Assembly (NCBI GenBank): GCA_025558095.1
Contig: JAIVFI010000023.1
Location: forward strand, 186,001 to 250,000
Direction of reading: 5' to 3'
DNA from: Hyaloraphidium curvatum SAG 235-1
Taxonomy: Eukaryota > Fungi > Monoblepharomycota
Length of the DNA stretch: 64,000 bases
Shown piece after piece: positions 11,953 to 23,021 of the stretch (its first letter is position 1; every line of letters starts with the position of its first letter). Made by a program: the position numbers and the translations under genes. The notes beneath the pieces were generated by a model. That model did not search any database. It worked only from the letters and a program-made list of their open reading frames with translations, and was not told the origin of the DNA.

Positions 11953-14197
11953 TCAGGCCTCTTCATCTTCATCCGCTGCGTCCTCTTCCCCGTCCTCTGA
12001 GCCCATCTCGGCATCAAACTCCTCGTCGAACGCGTCCGCCGGCACCTGGTACAAGCGCAGGACCGGCTTGTTCGGATCGCGCACGAGGGCATACTTGCCG
12101 TCTTCGCACTTCCAGATCAGGTCGGTGATCGCCTTGACGGTGCCCCAAATGTTGGACAGATTGAGGTTCATCTGGGACGCGAACTCCTTGGGCTTGAATG
12201 CCGCCACACCGAGGATCTGGTGGTTCTGCGCTGACCGCGAGCTTGTCCGCGACACGAAGCTGACGCCGGCACGTAAGCGCCAAGTCCCGTTTCCGCCCAC
12301 GGTTCACCCACCCAAGTCGGATCTGATCGACGCCGGCAAGAATCGCCTCGACAGTCCAACGGGCGAGGCGATTGCCGTTGTTCTTGATCTCCGTCGCCAC
12401 CACGGCGCCTCGCTGCGAATCCAGCTTCTTCCGCCACTCCGGCGCACCCGAGGCCTTTGAGTCGTACTCATTCAGGGCCTTCACGGAGGCAAACAACGTC
12501 TCCTTTTGCGGGTGTGCCGAATCCGAAGGCGTCAACTCGGGCGAACCCGACACGACCGTCGAGCCCGGCGCGAAAATGGCAGCATCGATGACCGTGCGCA
12601 CGACCAAGTCCACGTCGCCAAGGCGGTATCTGCGATATCTGTATGCTACCGATGCGGGCGGAGGGGTGGTGTTTTGGGAGTTCAGGAAAGGATTGGGGTC
12701 CTCGAACTGGTACTTTTCGGACTAGACCATCCCGAAGGGTTTAGCCACATCGACGGGTACGGGCGTTCAACAATGCCTACCTGCTTGGTCGTGTTGGACT
12801 CGAAAAGCCGGTTCACGATGGTCGCCTCGGTCGCGAGCGAGCTGGCCGAGTTCAGGTTGTCCTTCTCGCCCGCTGCTTCCGACGGCGGCTCCCCGGCATT
12901 CTCGTAGACGGTGATGATATCTAGAAAGCGGGGCAGATGAGAACACGGCAACGGTGCCAGATCGGAAACACGTGCCCAGTGCGGCCCCGGGTCGCTTGTC
13001 CAGCCAGATACTGTCGCCTTCCTTCGTGACAACGATGTCCCACGGGTAAACGCTCCTGGTCGCGCACATTATGGCGGACAGGATGGTGTCGGTGACGTAG
13101 ATTGTTTTGTTCTCGGCATCCTTGGCGAGCTGTCAGGAGCATCAAATAAGCGTCCAGGGTTCGGTAGGTACTCCGACAAAACTCGCCTCCTGCAGAACTG
13201 GGTCATGAGAAGTCGTCACATTCAAGCCCGTAAAGTTGCGAGGCACGTCGCTCAGGGTCTTTGGAGTCTTGGCGGTCACGCGGTCGAACGCCCTGTCGTA
13301 GTAGTACAGGGTCCCGTGCACCGCACTGTCGCGGGCATTCAGCGACCGACAGACGTAGCAGCTCGAGCGTCCCTCACAGATCTTCCGGCTCCGCTGCCTC
13401 GTAGGAGAGCTTTCCGAGACGAACAAAGTCGACCTCCTCGCGAATCTTCCACTCCCCGCCAATCTTGACAGAGGAGTCGCGCAGACGCTGCGGCTGAAGC
13501 GAACCGGTCACCACGAGTGCCAGAGAGAAGGACCAGCGCCCACCACCTTCTGGTCGTAGTAGCCGTACCGGCGCCTGTTCTGCATGGCGCCACCGCCACG
13601 GGCGTCCCGGCCACCTTGCCCACCACGATCCCCGTAGCGCTGGTTCTGCCCACCGCGACCGCCGCCCCTTTGAGCCCCAAAGCGTCCCTAAAATCGGGAA
13701 TAGACGTTGAGCCCTCAGATACGGAGTGACGCCAGGCGGGACGAACCCTGAAGCCCCGCGAAAAACCTCCGCCCCTCTTCGTCGCTGTCGCACCCGTCAC
13801 GAGCGAAAAAGAAGCCTCGTCCTCCGCCGCGTGATGATACGCAAATGCGGATGCAAGACCGGCCCCGTAAACCTCTGGAGGACCCGCAGCGGTCAGCCAA
13901 GGCGCGAAGCTCGGCCGACGCGACGACGTACCGGTGCCCCGCTGGTACCGGCCCCTATTGCCGTAATCATCCCTTCCTCCATCGGGCTCCGTCCAGTTGG
14001 CAACCTTCCCCAGCTTGTCCGCCTTGGAGAACGGCAGGTACGGGATCTCGGCAAGGTCCGCGGGCACGTCTGTCGGGCCCCATCCCTTTGGGTTGTCTGG
14101 TACGCCCAGAAGAGTCAGGCCCGCCTAGCAGGCATCGAAATCAGGACGCCGTCGGTCGCGACTAACCCTTGATGGCAGGCAGCGAGAAGTGAGCCAT
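11953..14197 (-). CDS. EIF3D: Translation initiation factor eIF3 subunit D
   Basis: DNPKGWGP, PYLPFSKADKLGKVANW, RSVYPWDIVV, WRKKLDSQRGAVVATEIKNN and DGKYALVRDPNKPVLRLYQVP. Confidence 0.96.
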
Positions 14198-14299
14198 GCT
14201 GCCGTTTTCTGTTTCTCGGTCTCGATCAGTTGGTGGAGCGATCGAAGGCCCGACGGACCAAGCGAAGCGCACCCCGGGCCCACACCGCCATAGATCACG

Positions 14300-17200
14300 A
14301 TGGCGAAGGCCGTCGATGAGGAGCCGCAGGCCAACGGGGAGGCTGCAAAGGAGAAGGATGCCAAGAAGAAAGATGGAGAGAAGAAGGAGGAGGAGCTGTC
14401 GGAGGAAGATCTCGCCCTGCGCCAGGAGCTCGAGATGCTGGTCGAGCGCTTGCAGGTCCGTTCCTCGCGTCACGGGCCTGTGCGGACGCGTCCGGCGCTC
14501 ATTCATTCGGCCTGCGCGTCGCCGTGGATCTGCGTAGGAGGGAAACGCGTCGCTCTACCGGCCCTCCCTTGAAGCTCTGCGGAACCTGATCCGGACATCG
14601 ACGAGCTCCATGACTTCGGTCCCCAAACCGCTCAAGTTTCTCCGGCCGCTCTACTCGACGATGATGTCTACCTACGAGTCCTGGCCTGATGGAGACGACA
14701 AGGTGCCCTCCGCGCGAGTTTGGAGCGGGTGGTCGGTGCGCTTGACGCGATCTACCGTGGCAGCGGTTCCTGGCCGACATCCTTTCGGTGCTTGCAATGA
14801 CATACTACGACGGAAGCAAGAGGGACTCCCTGAAGTATCGTTTGGTTGGGTCCGAGGAACCGATAGGCTCGTGGGGCCACGAATACGTGCGGTGGGTATG
14901 CCTGCCGCGGGTCATCGCCTATTTCTCATGGTGTAGGGACAGCCACTTGGCTTTGGAAAGCATTGCCGAATACCCCGCTCTGACCGAGAAGGAGGAATCG
15001 ACGGAGCACTTGCTCAAGCTTGCAATGGACATCGTTCCCTTCTTCCTGTCCCACAACGCCGAGGCAGATGCGTGCGACCTGCTTTTGGAGCTCGAGGCCT
15101 TGGATAAGCTGCCGCAGTTCGTGGATAAGAACACGTACGAACGAGTGTGCCTCTACATTGTCAGGTGGGCTTTCGTGGCCGATGGGCGACTCCACCGCTT
15201 CAACTCGTCGATCGCCAGCTGTGTCAACTACGTCGCTCCTCCCGATGACGTTTTGATCCTCAAAACCGCGCATGCCATCTACCGAAAAATGGAACAGTAT
15301 CCTCAGGCACTGCAGATCGCCATTCGCCTGAATGACCAGGACCTCATTCGGGACGACTTCGACACGTGCGAGGACGAGTAGGGCATAGCTGTGGCTGCGC
15401 TGCTCATTGTGCTAACAGCATTTCCCAAGGACGCTCAAGAAGCAGCTCGCTTTCCTGCTCGCTCGGCAGCAGATCCGAATGGAAGTCGAAGACGAGGTCG
15501 TCCAGGGCATCATCAACAACAGCCGCCTGTCGGAGTACTTCCTCACCCTTGCCCGCGATCTGGATATCATGGAACCCAAAGTGCCGGAAGACATTTACAA
15601 GAGCCACCTGGAGAATATCAGTGAGTTCCGTAGCGGCGCGTCGATACTCGACTCACCGTGGTTCAGGACCTGGCCTTGGCGGCGGCAACGTGGACTCTGC
15701 GCGTCAGAACTTGGCCGCAACATTCGTCAATGCATTCGTCAACGTTGGCTTCGGCACCGACAAGCTGCTCACGGGGAGCGAAGGCGGCAACTCTTGGATG
15801 TACAAGAACAAAGACCACGGTTCGGTCGATCCCGAGTACGGCTGATGGTCGCGCTGATCGGCGGTCGGCAGGTATGATGAGCGCTGCGGCTTCTTTGGGT
15901 GCTCTGTTTCTGTGGGACGTCGAGGTCGGCCTGACGCAGATCGACAAGTATCTTTACTCCAACGACGAGTACATCAAGGTTCGCTTACAGTGCTTGGCCC
16001 GGGTTTTGGTCTGCGGCTTATTGTCACCTCGACAGTCGGGCGCAATCCTGGCCATCGGAATCGTGAATGCTGGAGTTCGGAACGATTCTGACCCTGCGCT
16101 GGCTTTGGTCGCGGAGTATGTGGAGCACAAAACGGTGTCACACCGCATTGCGGCGCTCATGGCGTGAGTCTTGTTCCTGACATCTCTGGTTTCTTGACTC
16201 ACTTTTGCCGAGTCTTGGTATTGCATATGCGGGCACTGCGCGGGAGGATCTGTCGGAGCTTTTGCTTGGCTCTGTCAGCGACTCGACTATGTCTATGGAG
16301 ATCTCCGCTACTGCGGCTCTTTCTCTTGGCTTCATCTTCGTCGGATCCAGCAACGGCGATATCGCGAGTACGATCCTGCAGACGATGATGGAGCGCGACG
16401 AACCTCATTTGAAGGATCCGTATGCCAAGTACATGGCCGTCGGGCTTGCGCTCCTTTTTCTTGGTTTGTTCGCAGTGCGGATGAAGTGGTGGGGCCTCTG
16501 TTGAACAGGATGCTGTAACAGGGAAGCAGGATGCGGCTGACGCGACTCTGGAGACTTTGAAAGCCATTGAGCACCCGTTGGCCAAGCAAGCCGGGGTACT
16601 GGTCCAAATTTGCGCTTACGCCGGTAGGTACAACCGGATGGATAATGCTGTCGCTCAGACCAGTGTTAGGCACGGGTAACGTGCTCAAGATCCAGGAGAT
16701 GCTGCACATCTGCAATGATCACTTGGATCCCGAGAAAGAGGACGACAAGCATCAAGGATATGCTGCTCTAGGAGTCGCCTTGATAGCCATGGGAGAGGAG
16801 GTCGGAACGGACATGTGCATGCGGACCTTCAATCACTTGGTGTGTCGGCACCACCCGAGATTCTTGCTGTCTGACTAACCCACCAGCTACAGATGCACTA
16901 CGGCGAACCCGTCATCAGGAAGGCCGTGCCGCTCGCGCTTGGCTTGCTTTGCGCCTCCAACCCCGTCGTCAATGTCCTGGATGTCCTCAGCAAGTACTCT
17001 CATGACAATGATCAGGATGTTGCAATCAATGCGATTCTGGCCATGGGCTTGGTTGGGGCCGGGACGAACAACGCCCGCCTCGCACAAATGCTGAGGCAGC
17101 TTGCTGCCTACTACCACAAGGAGCCGAGCTGCCTCTTCACCGTACGCCTGGCTCAGGTAGGCGAAGTTGCGTCTTATGCTGGCATCATCCTCACTTTGCT

Positions 17201-17749
17201 TCAGGGCCTCGTCCACATGGGCAAGGGCACCATGACCATCAATCCTTACCACACAAACCGCATGCTCATGTCGCCGAATGCCGTCGCTGGCCTCCTCACG
17301 GTCCTCATGTCGATGATGGATGCCAAGAACAGTACGTCATCTCTTTTCCTGCATTCCTTGCCTTTGGGTGGCTTACCCTCCTGGCAGCAATCCTTGGCAA
17401 GGCCCACTACATGATGTACTACCTCGTGACCGCCATTTACCCCCGATTCCTCATCACTCTTGACGAGGAGCTCAAATCTATACCCCTGACGGTCCGAGTT
17501 GGCCAGGTATGTCATAGCTTGGGCTGTGGTGGGTACAAATGCTTACCAACTTGGCAGGCTGTGGATGTGGTTGGCCAGGCGGGCCGACCAAAGACCATCA
17601 CGGGTTTCCAAACGCATTCCACTCCTGTGCTGATGGCCTACACGGAGAGGGCCGAAACGGCAAGTGATGAGTTCATTCCTCTCACTCCTGTGCTGGAGGG
17701 GTTGGTGATTGTGAAGAAGAACCCCGAGTTTGTAGCCAGTGAAACCTAG
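14300..17749 (+). CDS. RPN1: 26S proteasome regulatory subunit Rpn1/PSMD2
   Basis: [63 protein letters not shown] and [25 protein letters not shown]; many short introns. Confidence 0.98.
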
Positions 17750-18032
17750 CTGCAGTAGAATTCTGCTGGCTTTGATTGCTTGTTCACAGTCCTGAGCTTA
17801 GCCAACGCATGAGGAGCCTGACCCTGTAGGGTGTACGTATGCTATCCATTCCATCTGAAACTAAGCAACGTGTCTCAACTCCGGCTTCCCCGCAAAAGCT
17901 ACTCGTAACAAATGTACTTCGCGGCAATGCAGTGAATACTGTTGCGGGGCTCCAGTCTGAGTAGCAATCAATGTGAGGCTGCAGACAAGGAAGAAAGGAA
18001 GCTACTTGGAACTCACGATTCCAAGCTTCAAA

Positions 18033-18837
18033 TTAGAATAGAATAGAATAGAATAGAATAGTATTGGTAACGAAGACCTGCCTCTGGCTTGGCCACTGTT
18101 ACACCATCCTTTGCTGCTAATTTCAGAGCTTGTTGTTGTCGTGCATCTTTTTCATTTTCCCCGTTTTCTGTCCTTCATGGACTTTGAGATGAAGCTGGCA
18201 CTGGAGTTGAGGGCCTTCTCCTTTTGCCGCCTCACTTTGATCGTGGGTTCGAACTCCTTGATGCTAAGGGCCCAGAGAGCCAGGTCTCCATGTTCCACTC
18301 GTGGCCCAGTGCTTCCAGTCTGGTCTGCAGCTTCCGGTGCCGCTCTGCATTTGCTGAACAGTGGAACAGAAAATGTTGCTCGTCTCAATGTGCTCAGGGT
18401 CATGTTTGCACATCCTCTGCTGCACCTCAAGTCCTTGGTGCCTGCCTGTCTCCACCTCCAGCCAGGTCGTGGGTAGAGCAGAGCAGCTTCTGGACGTCCC
18501 TCCGGTGCTTCTCCACCCGGATCAGTGACGGTGCAATGTGACCATGTTAACAGACCAAAGGTCATGTCACACATCCTCCAGAAGTGCAGCTGACGTTGTC
18601 CTTGAGCTTCTGGGCATTGATCTCCCTGAACTTGCCCTACCTTCACAAGATTCTCCACAGTCTCCTTGGCCCATGAAGAAGTGTCCTTCTCCCACATCTC
18701 CTTCCCATCTTCGCCGCCATAGTATACAAGAAGCTCCCTCAGGAAAGCAGCCCAGTTCCAGCACCCCTTCAGTACCTCGATCTTGAGCTCCTTGTAGAGC
18801 AGGTACAATGCAGGGTCAGCTGTTTTGATGCGCATGA
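18033..18837 (-). mobile_element. LINE copy A: 5'-truncated, degenerate 3' fragment (divergent subfamily)
   Basis: Homologous to the 3' ~800 bp of copy C with frameshifts; ends in an (ATTCT)n tail, seen as AGAATAGAATAGAATAG at 18035-18061 on the + strand. Confidence 0.9.
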
Positions 18838-18877
18838 AAAACTTAACCTATGCTTGTACAATACCCAACGCACTACA

Positions 18878-19265
18878 CTACAAAGCCATCAACTCCTCGA
18901 AGAACTCTCGGTGCCGTGCCTCGGTGTGGGTCCAGATCTCCTTCAATCGAGCCGTTTTGTCCACCACGTACTCCGGTAAGGGGCTACGTAGCGCCTTGAT
19001 GGTGGCGGCATCCATGGGTGCAGTCAAGACAAAGTCATCAAACGTGGTGAATCGCGAAAGCACGGTGTACATGCGCTGGATCTGCGATCCGTCCCCTTGC
19101 TTCCGGATCAATCTTCAAGTCCAGCACTGCACCGGTCAGGGTTTGTCCCTGGGAAAAGTGCACAGTCATGGCATCGCATTCAGCTTGATCTGCGTCCTGG
19201 TCACTCCAATGTCTTTCTTCCTGTTCCCTGGCATCTTCACCTGCACCATTTTTGATGCAGTTTCT
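18878..19265 (-). pseudogene. Helitron-type PIF1 helicase, C-terminal segment
   Basis: VTRTQIKL, AMTVHFSQGQTLTGAVLDL (motif V) and MYTVLSRFTTFDDF (motif VI), with frameshifts. Confidence 0.8.
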
Positions 19266-19426
19266 CAAAGACCCCTGGTCGCAGGCACCCAGAGACAGGT
19301 GCGGATGGGGCAGGTGGCCTTCCTGGTGTTTGTTGTGTTATTCGCCTCTAAGACACCGCTTCCCTAGGTAATTGCTAGCCAGAGGCCTTCCGCCCATCCA
19401 AGTGTCAGGATCGGGGGCAGATCGAT

Positions 19427-19660
19427 TGGCTCTGGGCTCTTAGCATCAAGGAGTTCGAGCCCACGATCAAAGCGAGGCGGCAGAAGGAGAAGGCCCTCAA
19501 CTCCATTGCCAGCTTCATCTCAAAGTCCATGAAGGACAGGAAAACTGGGAAAATGAAAAAGACACACGACGATGATGAACTTTGCAATTAGCAGCAAACT
19601 CATGGTGTAACAGCGGCCAAGCCAGGGGCAGGTCCGGGTCACCAATACTATTCTATTCTA
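19427..19660 (+). mobile_element. LINE copy B: ~235 bp 5'-truncated insertion
   Basis: Near-identical to 21911-22137; tail ACCAATACTATTCTATTCT; flanked by AGATC at 19419-19423 and 19660-19664. Confidence 0.9.
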
Positions 19661-19676
19661 GATCCTGGCCTAGGGC

Positions 19677-19863
19677 TGTCAGGATCGGGGGCAGATCCTG
19701 GCCTAGGGCGCTGCTAGAGGGCGTAGCAGGACCGAGCAAGGCTCAAGGCGGCGATGGGTAATTGTAGTGAGAATCGGTGAGGTACAAGGGTTTGTGCGCA
19801 TGGCCTCTAGGCTGCACGCTAGCGCTCCCATACCCTAAGTCACAGATAGGGCTAGTCCTCACA
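19677..19863. mobile_element. Solo-LTR-like element (187 bp)
   Basis: TG...CA ends with short inverted termini TGTCAGGA / TCCTCACA. Its first 33 bp are duplicated at 19403-19676 (split by LINE B) and its last ~33 bp recur at 25834-25866. No clean TSD seen. Confidence 0.5.
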
Positions 19864-19942
19864 CTACCAAGTCCAGCTCCAATGCCAAGATCAACTCCAA
19901 CTCCATCCTGAGGCTCCAAACACATCCATCCATCCCCAACAA

Positions 19943-20145
19943 CAGTTTCTGCTTATAGAGGGATATGGTTCGGTGGCAGCCCTGTCAAAGTGAATGGTCT
20001 CAATGGGTCCACAACCTCCACAACGACATAGTCGGGAACAGGCACGTTCCGAACGTCTTGCCCAGGGTACCGAGAGTCAAACGACCACTGATCTGGAGTC
20101 ACGGGTGTCTTCCAGATGATGCGTCGAAGGATCACCACCGAACCA
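19943..20145 (-). pseudogene. Helitron-type PIF1 helicase, middle segment
   Basis: GSVVILRRIIWK...PDYVVVEVVDPLRPFTLTGLPPNHIPL; joins in frame to both neighbouring helicase segments when the insertions are removed. Confidence 0.75.
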
Positions 20146-22150
20146 CAGCTGTTGTCAACCTCCTCAACGACGTGCTCAATGGCGTCAAGATGGATGACTG
20201 GGGCCAGACACTGCTGGTGATGCTGCACAAGAAGGGGCCCAAGAACGTGGCTGACAACAACCGAGGCATCAGCATAGAGAGGACGCTGGAGAAGGTCTTC
20301 TCCCTGGTCTGGAACGCTCGGCTAGCTCCCTGGGCTGAGTGCAATGCAACAAGCTGCTGGAAGGCTCGCAGTTTGGATTCCGTGCACGGAGATCGACCCT
20401 TCATGCACTGTTCCTTGCCGAGGCACTCTTCTCCTTGGCCAAGGCACGCAAGGAGAAGCTGATCATGGTGTTTGTAGATTTCACAAAGGCGGCTTTTGAC
20501 ACGGTGGAGCGCCCCAGGTTATGGCAGAAGCTGGAGGAGATGGGTGTACCCAAACAGGTTGTTGACATGTTCGAGATGGCGTTCGGGCGCGTGTGGGGAC
20601 GGCTCCGGGATGAAGACGGGACCAAGTCAGACTTCATCAAGTTCCTGACCGGAGTGAAGCAGGGGGACCCTCTCTCGTCGCTGTTCTTCATCTTGTTCAT
20701 CAACAACATCACTGCTTTCATGGAGGCCAATGGTGCAAAAGGGATGGATCTGGGCATGGTGTCTGAGGAGGAAGAGGATCAGGAGAGGATGGTCAGCTTG
20801 CTGGCTCTGTTCTTTGCAGACGACACCACTTTGATCTCGAAAACGGTGAAGGATGCCAGGATGCAGCTGGATCTTTTGTCTGCATATGCCAGTGCCAATG
20901 GGCTGGAGATCAACGTCAGCAAGACAGAGTGGATGGCCAGGAGGATACCTCACCGTGTAAAGGTCATGTACAGGGACCAGGAGCTGAAGAGGGTTGACAG
21001 CTTCAAGCTTCTGGGGTATCAGCTGACCTCAACCGGCCGGAGCAAGGACCATGTGCATGGCAGAGAGGCCAAGATGAACGCTGCTTATGGGCTCTGGCTC
21101 CGTGACATCAGGGAGCAGCCTGGGATGAGTCCTGACCTCCAGCTCAAGCTCTACAACACAAAGGTCAAGGCAGTGGGCCAATATGGGAACCCGTTCATTG
21201 TTGAGATGCCGAAGGAGGAGTACCTTGCCGGGGAAAGCACTAGGGACAAAGTGACATGCATGGCTCTTCGTGCCGTCACTCATCTGCCCAAGTCTACCTC
21301 CCTGGCCTGTCTGTATGCGATCACTGGCCAGTACCCCCTTGCAGTTCATGACCACGAGTCGGCACTCAAGTTCCTCATGCACATCAAAACAGCGGATCCT
21401 GCGCTGTACCTACTTTACAAAGAGCTCAAGATCGAGGCACTGAAGGGGTCCTGGAACTGGGCTGCCTTCCTGAGGGAACTACTTGTATACTATGGCGGCG
21501 AAGATGGGAAGGAGATGTGGGAGAAGGACACTTTCTCATGGCCCAAGGAGACTGTGGAGAATCTTGTGAAGGGCAAGTTCAGGGAGGTCAATGCCCAGAG
21601 GCTCAAGGACAACGACAAACTGCACTTTTGGAGGATGTGTGACATGACCTTTGGACACATCGGACCATCCCTGATCCGGGTGGAGAAGCACCGGAGGGAT
21701 GTCCAAAAGTTGCTGTGCTCTACCCACGACCTGGAGGTGGAGACAGGCAGGCACCAAGGACTTGAGGTGCAGCAGAGAACGTGCAAGCATGACCCTGAGC
21801 ACATTGGAGACGAACAACACTTTCTGTTTCACTGTTCAGCAAATGCGGAGCGTCGCCAGAAGCTGCAGACTAGATTGGAAGCACTAGGCCGCGAGTGGAA
21901 CATGGAGACCTGGCTCTGGGCTCTTAGCATCAAGGAGTTCGAGCCCACGATCAAAGCGAGGCGGCAGAAGGAGAAGGCCCTCAACTCCATTGCCAGCTTC
22001 ATCTCAAAGTCCATGAAGGACAGGAAAACTGGGAAAATGAAAAAGACACACGACGATGATGAACTTTGCAATTAGCTGCAAACTCATGGTGTAACAGCGG
22101 CCAAGCCAGGGGCAGGTCCGGGTCACCAATACTATTCTTCTACTATTCTT
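20146..22150 (+). mobile_element. LINE copy C: non-LTR retrotransposon RT plus C-terminal Cys/His region (RTEX/CR1-group-like), 5'-truncated
   Basis: NNRGISI, QFGFR, FVDFTKAAFDTV, GVKQGDPLSSLFF, FFADD, NVSKTEWM, FKLLGY and LEVETGRH...C...DEQHFLFHC; frameshift near 20340; short 3' UTR and CTATTCTT tail. Confidence 0.95.
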
Positions 22151-23020
22151 CATTGGTGGCCCCCACAGAGGTGGCCAAATTGGCACGCAGGAAATACCGA
22201 TGCCCAATCACCAAAGGCAACCCAAAGGCAAAAAAACCAAGTGGTAGCCAAGATCACCATCCGACAATCCGACACTGCAAGAAGGCGGAGCTCTTCCACG
22301 GGAGTGAACGCCGGGTGGTCTTCGTAGGGCTTGTCCATAGCTTTGACCAGGAACACCGTCAAGCAATGCCACAAATGCAAACACTCCGTCCATGGCAAAC
22401 GCCTCCTTGGCAAGGTTGGTGTACGTGAGCACGCTGAAGTCACGGTAATAACGTTCGTCTGACACGCGTATCAGTCTTCCTTCTCGCGGATGCGGGGCAG
22501 GGTATCTTGCGAGCCCAAGTGCTTGGCCATTGACAAGGTCAACTTGGTGGTCAGTCACGTTGTTTCTCGTGGCTCCCGGTTTTGGGACAGTGGGCATGGC
22601 TTCCAGAAGGCCCGTGAGTCTGGGATCCTGTGGTGGGGGAAGCGGCTCTGAACCAGATTTGCCTTCCCAGCCGGTCCGCCATGTGATAGACCGTTTTGTT
22701 TGTGAAGGTTTTGCCCAACCCTCCTTGGCCCAAGAGGATCATGCATCAGACCACTCCCTCTAGGTGGCTTCTGTCGTGTGGCCACAGCAATGTGCCTTTG
22801 GTACAGCTTCCTTCCCCAGATGGCCACTGCATACCGTTGCTCCCTGTTGAGGTCATAGTGATCCATCACTTCCTCAGCAGCAAACGGGATTTGTGTTCCA
22901 TCTCCTCCGGGTCACCTACCAGCAGCACGTGGATCTCGTTGTTGGAGTGACTATGGGGCGTGGGGAAGACGTATAGCCCCAGTGGTCTGAACCGGGTCTG
23001 AACTCAGATGGACGGGATGG
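22151..23020 (-). pseudogene. Helitron-type PIF1 helicase, N-terminal segment with internal deletion
   Basis: LNREQRYAVAI, Walker A ILLGQGGLGKT, AASPT, then LPLVIGHRYFLRANLATSVGATN; Walker B region not seen; frameshifts. Confidence 0.75.
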
Positions 23021-23021
23021 G

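Noticed and set aside
19953-19955. In-frame TAA in the helicase as possible stop-codon recoding
   Set aside because: The element has other frameshifts and deletions, host genes such as RPL10 end in TAA, and deamination of CAA/CGA explains it.
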